Shown piece by piece: positions 26,601-35,944 of a stretch of DNA of 64,000 nt; position 1 is the first letter of the stretch; each line of letters begins with the position of its first letter. Both the position numbers and the translations under genes were made by a program. A model generated the notes under the pieces. It was given only the letters and a program-made list of their open reading frames with translations. It had not been told where the DNA came from and searched no databases. Source of the DNA: Minisyncoccota bacterium (GTDB lineage Bacteria; Patescibacteriota; Minisyncoccia; Phycocordibacterales; UBA2100). The DNA lies in the NCBI GenBank assembly GCA_965267345.1, contig OZ253947.1, positions 138,814-202,813 of the forward strand, given 5' to 3'.

Positions 26601-26688
26601 CGCAGCGACCGCTGTACAATTGCGTGCCGCTATTGCCTAATTTCTGCACGCGTTGACAACCCGTCTGCGAAGCGCATTATTGAGAGAT

Positions 26689-27150
26689 ATGACGTACACA
26701 AACACATTGCGTTGGAGTATCGCCGCACTGTTCATCGGTGGCGCTGCTCTGTTCGCGTTTCCGTACAGCGCCCACGCACTCTCATACATTGATTGGAATT
26801 ACCCGTATACACGGTCATCGAACCAGTACGTCGTGACGTCGGCAACGTACGGCAATCAGTACAACAACTGGAACGCCAATCCGAATTGGAACTGGACGCA
26901 CCGGAACTGGAACCGCAACACAGCAAACGGCTACACCGTGACATTTCCGCAATCAACGCACCATAACTACACACCGGCAACGTATACGTACTACGATTAC
27001 TACCAGCCGCAATGGTACTACACGACGCCCGTAACGTACCGCTATGATGATTGGTACTATCCAACAAATACGTGCTGGAACTGCACATCATGGCCGTACA
27101 ACAATGGGTGGGGTATTAACGTCGGTGGCTACTACTCAAATTCGTGGTAG
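26689..27150 (+). CDS. Secreted Trp/Tyr/Asn-rich low-complexity protein
   Basis: Signal peptide (..AALFAFPYSAHA). Mature chain is dominated by W, Y, N and T (NWNANPNWNWTHRNWNRN, YYDYYQPQWYY). Confidence 0.45.
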   Translation: MTYTNTLRWSIAALFIGGAALFAFPYSAHALSYIDWNYPYTRSSNQYVVTSATYGNQYNNWNANPNWNWTHRNWNRNTANGYTVTFPQSTHHNYTPATYTYYDYYQPQWYYTTPVTYRYDDWYYPTNTCWNCTSWPYNNGWGINVGGYYSNSW

Positions 27151-27218
27151 GTGCGCCTTACGCGGACCCCTTCCGTAGGACTTGACACTATAGCATAAAT
27201 ATGCTACAGTATACCCCT

Positions 27219-27659
27219 ATGAACGTACAGAGTACGGGTATAGCGCGATTTACCGCAACGGCATTTGTTGTCGTCATTGCAGTGGTAGGTTTCGCGATAC
27301 CAAAAAGTGCAGACGCCGCTTATCAATATGGCATCGGGGCGTCGATTTGTGGGAATGATCCTTTCATGTATTGTGGCAACCTTGGATACAAGGAGCGCAG
27401 CAATGGTCAGTGGCAAGTAACCGCCGGCGGAACAGTTGGGTTCGGAAACACATACAGCACGTACCGCCCAGCATCACGTCCGACGTACTACACGACCAGT
27501 CATCGCAGTGCACCGAGTGTGTACACGGTCGGGAGCGCATACTCACGCCAGAAGCGTCCCGTATACGTTGGTTCGCGTACGCAGTCAACGTACGTTGTCA
27601 CATCAAACAATGCTCGTGCACCGCGCACGTCATACCCAAACTGGTTGGTCATGTACTAA
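27219..27659 (+). CDS. Secreted Tyr/Thr/Ser-rich protein
   Basis: Signal peptide (..FAIPKSADA). Mature chain rich in Y, T, S and R with short repeats (STYRPASRPTYYT..). Confidence 0.45.
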   Translation: MNVQSTGIARFTATAFVVVIAVVGFAIPKSADAAYQYGIGASICGNDPFMYCGNLGYKERSNGQWQVTAGGTVGFGNTYSTYRPASRPTYYTTSHRSAPSVYTVGSAYSRQKRPVYVGSRTQSTYVVTSNNARAPRTSYPNWLVMY

Positions 27660-27671
27660 CCCGCATACTAC

Positions 27672-27702
27672 AAAACGCTCGGCTACACGCCGAGCGTTTT
27701 GT
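27672..27702. terminator. Bidirectional terminator between the Y/T/S-rich protein gene and thrS
   Basis: Stem aaaacgctcggc/gccgagcgtttt with loop tacac. Confidence 0.65.
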
Positions 27703-27703
27703 G

Positions 27704-29458
27704 TTAGATCGCGGTTTCTTCTGCGAGTCGCTTGAGAAATTCCTCCAGTGTCAGTGCGCCTACCTTTTCATCGCGATGCTCAACCATAAGCGTCTGCGCC
27801 GATACTTCTGTGTCGCCTACGACGAGAATGTAGGGGACTTTCGCTACCTTTGCGTTACGTATGCGCTTACCGAGTGTCTCTGCTGATGTGTCACATGAAG
27901 CGCGATATCCTGCACCGGTGAGTTGTGTTGTAACATCATGTGCGTACGGAGCATGCGTGTCGGCAACGGGGATCACCCGTACCTGTTCCGGTGCCAACCA
28001 CGTCGGGAATGCACCCGCAAAGTGCTCAATGATGACCGACAAGAAGCGTTCAAGCGAGCCGGCGACGGCACGGTGGATCATAACGGGACGCTCTTTCTCA
28101 CCTGATTCGTTTACGTACTCGAGTTCAAAGCGTTCAGGCATGACAAAGTCGAGTTGAATGGTGGCGAGCTGCCACTCACGACCGATGGCGTCCTTAAACA
28201 TAAAGTCGACTTTGGGACCGTAGAACGCCGCTTCGCCTTCAACGCGGGTGTAGGGGAGCGACTCGCTCTGCACGACCTCTTCGAGAATCGTTTCAGCTTC
28301 ACGCCATGCGTCGTCACTGCCAAGGTATTTCTCAGGCTCTTCCGGATCGCGTACTGAAACTGAGACCCAGTAGTTACCTTCATCAAACATGCCCAGCGAG
28401 GTGTAGAACGTGCGGATAACCGACGCAATATTGCTGATCTCCTCGCGGATCTGATCGGGGCGGGCAAAGACGTGCCCGTCGTCTTGGGTGATACTGCGCA
28501 CGCGTGACAGCCCCAACAACTCACCTGCCTGTTCGTCACGGTAGACCATCGTGGTTTCCGAGTAGCGAATGGGAAGGTCTTTGTAGCTACGCTGTTTGCC
28601 TGCGTAGATCTGCGTGTGGTGCGGGCAGTTCATCGGCTTCATCACGAATTCCGCCGCGCTCTGGCCGGTGACCTTGAACAGCTCGTCGCCAAATTTCTCC
28701 CAGTGTCCCGATGTTTCGTAGAGTTCTTTTTTGGTGATGTGCGGAATGGTGACGGGCTCAAACCCGAAGCGCTGCTGAATTGTCTGAATACGCTGTGTAA
28801 TGAGGTCGCGCAGGAGCGTGCCGCGCGGTGTCCAGAGCGGCAGTCCGGGTCCCACGAGATCAGAAAAGGTAAAGAGGTCCATTTCCTTACCGATCTTACG
28901 GTGGTCTCGTTTACGCGCTTCTTCAAGCAAGGTGAGGTGCTCTTGCAGTGCGTCAGGCGTATCAAACGCGAGTCCGTAGATGCGCGTGAGCATCTGGTTT
29001 TTCTCGTCACCGCGCCAGTAGGCGCCGGCAATACTCGTGAGCATAAATGCCTTGGGGTCAATGGTCTCGGCAGGATTTTCAGCATGTCCGCCGCGGCACA
29101 AATCGGTGAATTCACCGCAGGTGTAGAGCGTTATCTCAGCGTCACCTTTTTCCAGCTCATCAATCAACTCCTGCTTATACGGATTCTCGGCAAAACGCTC
29201 GCGGGCGTCATCAGGGGTGACGACCGCTCGTTCCCACGCAGTCCAGCGTGAGAGATTTTTACGCATGGCCGTCTGGAGTGCTTTGAGGTCACCTTCACTC
29301 GGCGTGTCACCACCGGAAAAGTCGAAGTCGTAGTAGAAGCCCGTACTCGTCGCCGGTCCGATGGTTGGTTTCGCGTGCGGGTACGCGTTGCACACTGCCT
29401 GCGCGAGGAGGTGCGCCAGTGTGTGGCGCATGTGCATCAGTTGTTCATCGGGTTCCAT
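27704..29458 (-). CDS. thrS: Threonyl-tRNA synthetase (lacks N-terminal TGS domain)
   Basis: Class II motifs and the HMRHTLAHLLAQA zinc-site region. 584 aa. Confidence 0.92.
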   Translation of the reverse strand: MEPDEQLMHMRHTLAHLLAQAVCNAYPHAKPTIGPATSTGFYYDFDFSGGDTPSEGDLKALQTAMRKNLSRWTAWERAVVTPDDARERFAENPYKQELIDELEKGDAEITLYTCGEFTDLCRGGHAENPAETIDPKAFMLTSIAGAYWRGDEKNQMLTRIYGLAFDTPDALQEHLTLLEEARKRDHRKIGKEMDLFTFSDLVGPGLPLWTPRGTLLRDLITQRIQTIQQRFGFEPVTIPHITKKELYETSGHWEKFGDELFKVTGQSAAEFVMKPMNCPHHTQIYAGKQRSYKDLPIRYSETTMVYRDEQAGELLGLSRVRSITQDDGHVFARPDQIREEISNIASVIRTFYTSLGMFDEGNYWVSVSVRDPEEPEKYLGSDDAWREAETILEEVVQSESLPYTRVEGEAAFYGPKVDFMFKDAIGREWQLATIQLDFVMPERFELEYVNESGEKERPVMIHRAVAGSLERFLSVIIEHFAGAFPTWLAPEQVRVIPVADTHAPYAHDVTTQLTGAGYRASCDTSAETLGKRIRNAKVAKVPYILVVGDTEVSAQTLMVEHRDEKVGALTLEEFLKRLAEETAI

Positions 29459-29488
29459 TGCAGAGAATATAGCATAGATACAGCGATC

Positions 29489-32400
29489 CTACAGCGCTTT
29501 TACTGCCTCAATGACAAAACTGCTCTCGTCATTTCGCATGGAAATACGCCCTTTGAGCAGAATACAGCGATCGCCTTCAAGCAGTTCTGCGTACTCTTTC
29601 AGCACACGCGGAAAGGCCACGGCTTCAATTGAGTCGTTAAAGTCAGCGACACGCAAAAAAGCCATTTTGTCACCGTTTTTTGTCAGAATCGTTTTATATT
29701 CAGCGATGATACCTGCAATAACCGTTGCCGTGCCGTGGCGATGCTTTACCTTAACGTTCGCGATGTCAGGTTTTCCTTTGAGTTTGTCGGTATGGGCATC
29801 AAGCGGGTGGCCGGAAACGTAGAGCCCGAGCAGTTCTTTTTCCCATCGCAGGCGCTGCTCCATACTCACGTCTTCGGCCTCGTCGAGCTGCAGGGCAGTA
29901 GTTGTTTCAAGCGCACCAAATAGCGAGTCCTGTCCCTCGGGTCGCTTGGCAATTTCGCGTTGAAACTCTAAGAGCGTTTCAATGTTTGCCAGCAGTACGC
30001 CGCGTGAGCCAAAACGGTCGAGTGCGCCGCTTTGGATCAGCGACTCCAATCCGCGGCGGTTCATGTTGGCGCCACGTACACGCTCAAGGAAGTCTTCAAT
30101 ACTTTGGTAGTGGCCACGCGCTTTTCGTTCCGCAACAATGGCGTGTGCGGTGTTGCGCCCGAAGTTTTTTATCGAGTTTAGACCAAAGCGAATTTGTGGT
30201 GCTCCCGCCACCACGGCGAATTCTTCGTAACTCTCGTTGACGTCCGGCGGCAGAATTTCAATATCCATCGCGCGACACTCTTCAATAATTTCGGCAATTT
30301 TATCAACGTCACCCGAGTCGGCAGTAAGGAGTGCCGACATAAATTCGAGCGGATAGTTTGCTTTCATGTAGGCGGTTTTGTAGGCCAAGTTTCCGTAACT
30401 GGCAGCGTGTGCTTTGTTGAACCCGTATGCCGCAAACGTTTCAATCTGCTCCCAGAGTGCTTTCACCTGTGCGTCGGTCATGCCGTATTCCAAACAGCCC
30501 GCAATGAAGCGCTCTTTCTGCGCCGCCATTTCCTCAGGAATCTTTTTTCCGATGGCCTTGCGGAATTTGTCGGCCTCGAGCCATGAGTAGTTCGCGAACT
30601 TAATGGCAATCATCAACACGTCGTCTTGATAGGTAATAATGCCAAACGATTTATTCAAAATCGGCTCCATGTCGGGATGCAGGTAGCTCACTCGTGATGG
30701 ATCGTGTTTGCGTTCGATGTACGCGGGAATGAACTCCATCGGGCCGGGGCGATAGAGCGCGACCATGGCGTTAATGTCGTGAATGGTGGTGGGCTTCAGC
30801 TCAACAAGGTAGCGCGTCATGCCGGCGCCTGCCATTTGAAAGACACCCATGGTACGTCCGGCCGAGAGCATCGCAAATGTTTTTTCATCGTCGAGGGGAA
30901 TGTCATCGACATCAATCGCAATATCGTGAATTTTCTGCACCCGCTTAATGGAATCACCCAGCACGGCGAGGTTCTTGAGTCCGAGAAAGTCGAATTTGAG
31001 CAAGCCGGCATCTTCCACGGCGTGCATGTCGTACTGCGTTACGAGTTTGCCGCCCTTCGGATCGTATTGGATCGGGGTGAACTCAACGACAGGGCGCGGC
31101 GCAATTACGACACCGGCGGCGTGCACACCCATGTGACGCGCATTTCCTTCAATTTTCTTTGCTAAGTCAATGATCTCGCGTGTATCAGCGTCGTTTGTGT
31201 ACGCCTCTTTGAGTTCGGGCTCCATGCTCAGCGCACGATCAATGGTCATGGGGAATCCCTGTGCCCCCATCGGAATGAGCTTGGCGATGCGGTCACCTAC
31301 ATTGTACGAGTGTCCAAGAGCGCGTGCGACATCGCGTACCACAGCACGTGCCATCATTGTCCCGAAGGTGCCAATTTGTGCAACGTGATCAGTACCGTAT
31401 TTTTGTCGCGCGTACTCAATGAGATCGTCGCGGCGGTTGTCGGCGAGGTCCATATCAATATCAGGCGGTGACGGTCGCTCAGGGTTGAGGAAACGCTCAA
31501 AGGGAAGGTCGTAGGCAAGCGGGTCGACGGTCGTGATGCCCGTCAGATATGACACGAGTGAACCGGCGGCCGAGCCTCGCGTGTTCGTCAAAATACCGAC
31601 GCTGGTTGCGTGCTGGAGCAGGTCTGACACGACGAGAAAGTAGGGCGAGTAGCCTTTCTTCTGAATAATACCCAGTTCATATTCAATACGCTCTTTCACC
31701 GCATCCGTGAGCTCCATGTCGCGCTCCTTCAGACCGGCATACGCCGCGTCGCGCAGCATGGCGTCGTAGTCTTTGCCGTCGGTCTTTGGGTAGTCGGGGA
31801 AGACCCACTCGCCCAAGGTGAGCTCAACCGTACACGCATCGGCAATGCGCTGTGTGTTCTCAAGCGCTTCAGGATATTTCTTGAAAAAGGTAGCCGCCTG
31901 CTTTTTGGTGATAAACGAAAAGTCGTCCGTGTGGTCCGCCTCATCACCAAGTAGCGGGGTGCCGCTTTGGATTTTGCGTACGAGCTCGCGAGCGATGTTG
32001 TCGCTCTTGTTGAGGTAGTACACATCGTGTGCCGCAACGAGCGGCACGTCGTGTTCGCGCGCAAGTGCCACAATGCGTTCCTGTAGTTCACTGTGTCCCG
32101 CAATTTCAGGATGATGGGTGAGTTCGAGGTAGAGATTGTCACCGAATACGTCGCGATACCACGTCAGCACTTCGGCAGCTTTTTCAGTGTCATTGTCTTT
32201 GAGTGCTTTTGCAGTCGGCGCGGCAAATGACGGGAGGATCGCGATGAGATCGGCGCTATACTCCTGAATGAGTTCGGCATCAATGCGTGGACGGTAGTAA
32301 AAGCCCTCAAGGTAGGCGATACTCACGAGCTTCATGAGATTGTCGTAGCCGTTTTTATTTTTCGCCAGTAGTACAAGACGCGATGTATAGTTGTCGATAC

Positions 32401-32644
32401 GGTGCTCTTTATCGTGACGGGTGCGTGGTGCGACAAAAAAATCAACGCCAATAATTGGCTTGATGTCAGCTTTCTTGCATGCGGTATAGAATTCAATGGC
32501 GCCGTAGAGGTTGCCGTCGTCAGTGAGCGCTAGTGCGCGCTGTCCATCATTGGCAGCAGCAGCAACCAGATCAGGAATTTTCGGGATCGCATTCAGTAGA
32601 GAAAAGTGGCTGTGCGTGTGAAGATGGACGAAGTCGGCACTCAT
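29489..32644 (-). CDS. dnaE: DNA polymerase III alpha subunit
   Basis: PHP domain (HLHTHSHFSLL), palm and fingers. 1051 aa. Confidence 0.95.
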   Translation of the reverse strand: MSADFVHLHTHSHFSLLNAIPKIPDLVAAAANDGQRALALTDDGNLYGAIEFYTACKKADIKPIIGVDFFVAPRTRHDKEHRIDNYTSRLVLLAKNKNGYDNLMKLVSIAYLEGFYYRPRIDAELIQEYSADLIAILPSFAAPTAKALKDNDTEKAAEVLTWYRDVFGDNLYLELTHHPEIAGHSELQERIVALAREHDVPLVAAHDVYYLNKSDNIARELVRKIQSGTPLLGDEADHTDDFSFITKKQAATFFKKYPEALENTQRIADACTVELTLGEWVFPDYPKTDGKDYDAMLRDAAYAGLKERDMELTDAVKERIEYELGIIQKKGYSPYFLVVSDLLQHATSVGILTNTRGSAAGSLVSYLTGITTVDPLAYDLPFERFLNPERPSPPDIDMDLADNRRDDLIEYARQKYGTDHVAQIGTFGTMMARAVVRDVARALGHSYNVGDRIAKLIPMGAQGFPMTIDRALSMEPELKEAYTNDADTREIIDLAKKIEGNARHMGVHAAGVVIAPRPVVEFTPIQYDPKGGKLVTQYDMHAVEDAGLLKFDFLGLKNLAVLGDSIKRVQKIHDIAIDVDDIPLDDEKTFAMLSAGRTMGVFQMAGAGMTRYLVELKPTTIHDINAMVALYRPGPMEFIPAYIERKHDPSRVSYLHPDMEPILNKSFGIITYQDDVLMIAIKFANYSWLEADKFRKAIGKKIPEEMAAQKERFIAGCLEYGMTDAQVKALWEQIETFAAYGFNKAHAASYGNLAYKTAYMKANYPLEFMSALLTADSGDVDKIAEIIEECRAMDIEILPPDVNESYEEFAVVAGAPQIRFGLNSIKNFGRNTAHAIVAERKARGHYQSIEDFLERVRGANMNRRGLESLIQSGALDRFGSRGVLLANIETLLEFQREIAKRPEGQDSLFGALETTTALQLDEAEDVSMEQRLRWEKELLGLYVSGHPLDAHTDKLKGKPDIANVKVKHRHGTATVIAGIIAEYKTILTKNGDKMAFLRVADFNDSIEAVAFPRVLKEYAELLEGDRCILLKGRISMRNDESSFVIEAVKAL

Positions 32645-32702
32645 AGCACTCTCAGTATAGCAGAGACCACTGCGGCAACCGCATCGAGAAAATAGTTCAC
32701 AG

Positions 32703-33344
32703 ATGTGTCAATTTGACTACTCAGTGCGGTGGTATACTAAGAGTGTGAAAGTGCGCTATATTGTCGGCATTGACGAGGCAGGGCGAGGGCCGCTCGCCGG
32801 ACCGCTGGCAGTTGGCGCCGTCTGCGCCCCCGCCGCATTTACCGTCGACCACGCGTTTTTTGAGAAAGGGATTCGCGACTCCAAAAAACTCACGATGGGG
32901 AAGCGCGAAGAGCTCTTCGGCTGGATCCGACACCACGACGAGCTGCGCCACGTTGTGTCGATGGTTGGTCCGCGCGTTGTTGATCGCGACGGCATCACCG
33001 CGGCAACGAATATCGCTATCATGCGCGCATTGCGTCGCGTGCTCCCTGAGGGGGTTACCGAGCGCGAGGTGCTCATTCTGCTTGACGGCGGCCTGCGGGC
33101 ACCACGCGCCTACCCGCAACAAGCAACGATCATTAAAGGTGATGAGCAGGAACCCCTCATCGCACTGGCATCTGTGGTGGCAAAGGTTTCTCGTGATGCA
33201 AAAATGCGCGCGCTTGCAGCACAATTTCCTGACTACGGGTTCGACGGCCACAAGGGCTATGGCACCAAGGAGCACATTAAGGCCATCAAAGCCTTTGGTA
33301 TGTGTAACTCCCACCGCCGCAGTTTTTTGACACGCTTTGCATAA
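32703..33344 (+). CDS. rnhB: Ribonuclease HII
   Basis: IVGIDEAGRGPLAGPL is the canonical RNase HII start motif. The ATG at 32703 adds a 14 aa leader; a later GTG start is possible. Confidence 0.85.
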   Translation: MCQFDYSVRWYTKSVKVRYIVGIDEAGRGPLAGPLAVGAVCAPAAFTVDHAFFEKGIRDSKKLTMGKREELFGWIRHHDELRHVVSMVGPRVVDRDGITAATNIAIMRALRRVLPEGVTEREVLILLDGGLRAPRAYPQQATIIKGDEQEPLIALASVVAKVSRDAKMRALAAQFPDYGFDGHKGYGTKEHIKAIKAFGMCNSHRRSFLTRFA

Positions 33345-33390
33345 CGTTGTACAGTGCAGCTACGCCAATTTCAGAGGCCAAGGAGGAATC

Positions 33391-33645
33391 GTGGCTGATA
33401 AAGGAAATGACGCAGAAACCGTTCTTACGGCTGAACGCCTTCGCAAGGTGCTAGACCGCGGCGTTCCTGAGCTGATTGCGAGTCAGTGCGTATGTTGCCC
33501 TTTTTGCCGCCATAAATCGGCGGGTCAGGTATGCAACATGTGCGAGGAGGATGATCATTTCGAGCCTCTTTCGGGACTTGATCCCGACAGCGATGAGTTC
33601 AAGAATCGCATGGATGCACACCTCAAAAAGGTGCATAGCCAATAA
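33391..33645 (+). CDS. Small Cys-cluster (zinc-ribbon-like) protein upstream of rpmF
   Basis: GTG start 5 nt after AAGGAGG. CVCCPFC..x9..CNMC. The position upstream of L32 is where DUF177/YceD-type Cys4 proteins usually sit. Confidence 0.4.
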   Translation: MADKGNDAETVLTAERLRKVLDRGVPELIASQCVCCPFCRHKSAGQVCNMCEEDDHFEPLSGLDPDSDEFKNRMDAHLKKVHSQ

Positions 33646-33760
33646 GACAATCTCTGCGACTAACATGGCGTACGGGCGCATTGCTGCAAAGCGATGCGCC
33701 CGTAGTTATATCTGCAAAAAACCATTGCTATTTACCAAATTTTACGTATAATCTCACACC

Positions 33761-34048
33761 ATGTCAGTACGAATGCGCGTCACGCGCTCACATACCGGCA
33801 ATCGCCGTAGCCACCACGCGCTCAAGGAGCCGCGTCTTTCAAAGTGCGCCAACTGCAGCGCTGAGCACTTGCGCCACCGCATGTGCCCTGAGTGTGGCCA
33901 CTACCGCGGCAAGCAGGTTGTTGACGTTGTTGCACAGCGCGAGAAGCGCATGCAGCGTCGCGAAGAGCGACTCAAAGAAAGTGGCGCCGCAGCAACTGAA
34001 GACGAAGCAGAAGCTGAAGCACAAGAAGAAGAGGATGCAAAAAAGTAA
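33761..34048 (+). CDS. rpmF: Ribosomal protein L32 with acidic C-terminal extension
   Basis: MSVRMRVTRSHTGNRRSHH..CANCS..CPECG; C-terminal AEAEAQEEEDAKK. Confidence 0.85.
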   Translation: MSVRMRVTRSHTGNRRSHHALKEPRLSKCANCSAEHLRHRMCPECGHYRGKQVVDVVAQREKRMQRREERLKESGAAATEDEAEAEAQEEEDAKK

Positions 34049-34137
34049 CCACAAACGTACGTAGCGCAAGACGCCGGAAATACACAGTATGCACTTCCGG
34101 CGTATTTTAATGTGCTACAGTATAGTCACGTTGTACC

Positions 34138-35043
34138 ATGTCAAATCGGCACACCGCACGTTCGATTGTTCTTCAGACACTCTTCGAGCTTGACTCGGAG
34201 GGTGGCGATGTTTCTCGTGCCGATGACACACTCGTAGCCAATGCGCAGGAGTTTGCGCCAAATGCACAATCACTGTTTCCGTTCATGAAGCAGCTGATGG
34301 AGACGGCGCTGGCAAAGCGTGGCGAAATCGACACGATTATCACCAAGGCCGCTCCTGAGTGGCCGCTTGAGCGTATTGCGGTCATGGATCGTAATATTCT
34401 GCGTATTGGTCTCACCGAGCTCCTTTTTGGTGACCGCGAGCAGGTACCGCCTAAGGTTGCCATTAACGAGGCGATTGAGTTGGCAAAAGAGTTCGGTGGT
34501 GAATCAAGCGGACGCTTCGTCAACGGCGTACTCGGTGCCGTCTACAAGGAAATCGGTGAGCCGGGAAAAGAAGAGACAGGAAAGAAAAAACTTCTTGAAG
34601 ATGAGACGCTGGCAACCGAAGAGGTCATTGGCGCCGTTGTCTATGCAGAGGAAGACGGCGAACTCTACGTTGCCCTCGTGCACGATGTATTTGGCCACTG
34701 GACGCTACCGAAAGGTAAGCTCAAAGACAGTGAAGACCCACACGACGGGGTGGTGCGGAAAATTAAAGAAGAGATCGGCCTTGCGGTCACCGTTGAGCAT
34801 GAGTTGGGCGAGAATACCTACATTGCCAGTAATCCTGACGAGGGGCGCAAAAAACGCCACGGACGCTATTACCTCGCGAAAGCGCCATTTAATGAGCTAC
34901 AACTCAAAGGCGAGGGCGGACTTGATGACGCACAGTGGTTTAAATTAGCTAACATTGTCGAACTCAACTTCTACGACGATATTTTGCCCGTCATTACGCG
35001 AGCAGTTAACGTACTCGCGCAACCACGCACACCACAGGAGTAA
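34138..35043 (+). CDS. nusB: NusB-like antitermination domain fused to a C-terminal NUDIX hydrolase domain
   Basis: Residues 1 to about 140 are NusB-like (ARSIVLQTLFELD.., RIAVMDRNILRIGLTELLF, INEAIELAKEFGGE). Residues from about 160 carry a NUDIX box (GKLKDSEDPHDGVVRKIKEEIGL). Confidence 0.7.
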   Translation: MSNRHTARSIVLQTLFELDSEGGDVSRADDTLVANAQEFAPNAQSLFPFMKQLMETALAKRGEIDTIITKAAPEWPLERIAVMDRNILRIGLTELLFGDREQVPPKVAINEAIELAKEFGGESSGRFVNGVLGAVYKEIGEPGKEETGKKKLLEDETLATEEVIGAVVYAEEDGELYVALVHDVFGHWTLPKGKLKDSEDPHDGVVRKIKEEIGLAVTVEHELGENTYIASNPDEGRKKRHGRYYLAKAPFNELQLKGEGGLDDAQWFKLANIVELNFYDDILPVITRAVNVLAQPRTPQE

Positions 35044-35083
35044 TTATTCGTGTATACCAACACACGACACGACAACGAAACCT

Positions 35084-35773
35084 ATGATTGACTTTACCCC
35101 ATTTGAAACACGCATTGGCGTGACGTTTCAGGACAAGACGCTGTTACAGACAGCGTTTACGCACCGTTCATACGTCAACGAAAATCGTGCAACAGTGAAG
35201 GAGCACAACGAGCGCCTTGAGTTTCTCGGTGACGCAGTGCTCGAGCTGGTCATTACTGACTTTCTCTATAAGAAATACCCCGAGCGCCCCGAGGGTGAAC
35301 TCACGGCGTTCCGTGCCGCGCTGGTAAATACCCAGAGTATTTCTGAAGCGGCGAGCGAGCTGGGTATGAATGACTATCTGCTCCTCTCACGTGGTGAGGC
35401 AAAAGACACGGGACGCGCGCGGCAGTACATACTCGCAAATACATTTGAGGCACTGATCGGCGCGCTGTACTTAGATCAGGGTTACGATGCTGCACACGCA
35501 TTCATTCGCAGCACGCTGTTTGATAAAATCGAGACTATTGTTGCCGAGCGACTCTGGCAAGATGCAAAAAGCTATTTTCAGGAAAAAGCGCAAGAAACGT
35601 ATTCCGCAACTCCGTCGTACGAACTCGTGGATGAAGTTGGGCCCGATCACGATAAGAAGTTCGTTGCCGCAGCGCTGATTAATGATGAACGCATCGCCAC
35701 CGGCGAAGGGCGCTCAAAACAAGAGGCTGAGCAAGAAGCGGCGCGTAAGGCACTCGAAGTTAAGGGGTGGTAG
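35084..35773 (+). CDS. rnc: Ribonuclease III
   Basis: HRSY..ERLEFLGDAVLELV signature and a C-terminal dsRBD. Confidence 0.9.
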   Translation: MIDFTPFETRIGVTFQDKTLLQTAFTHRSYVNENRATVKEHNERLEFLGDAVLELVITDFLYKKYPERPEGELTAFRAALVNTQSISEAASELGMNDYLLLSRGEAKDTGRARQYILANTFEALIGALYLDQGYDAAHAFIRSTLFDKIETIVAERLWQDAKSYFQEKAQETYSATPSYELVDEVGPDHDKKFVAAALINDERIATGEGRSKQEAEQEAARKALEVKGW

Positions 35774-35865
35774 CCAGTACTTGGGGCATCGGATGTCCTA
35801 AGTGTTCGCGGGCGATATTGAGTTTTAAATCACTCTTGTGACGTCATAAGCACGGCGCATACACC

Positions 35866-35889
35866 ACTACTATAGTTAACTATAGTAGT
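35866..35889. promoter_or_regulatory. 24 bp perfect palindrome (ACTACTATAGTT|AACTATAGTAGT), candidate operator upstream of smc
   Basis: Perfect dyad centred on GTTAAC, about 35 nt upstream of the TGGTATACT -10 element of the smc gene. Confidence 0.4.
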
Positions 35890-35944
35890 CGTTGTCCTGC
35901 AGTGTGCTACTACGACCACAGCGGGGGTTTGGTATACTTTGCAC

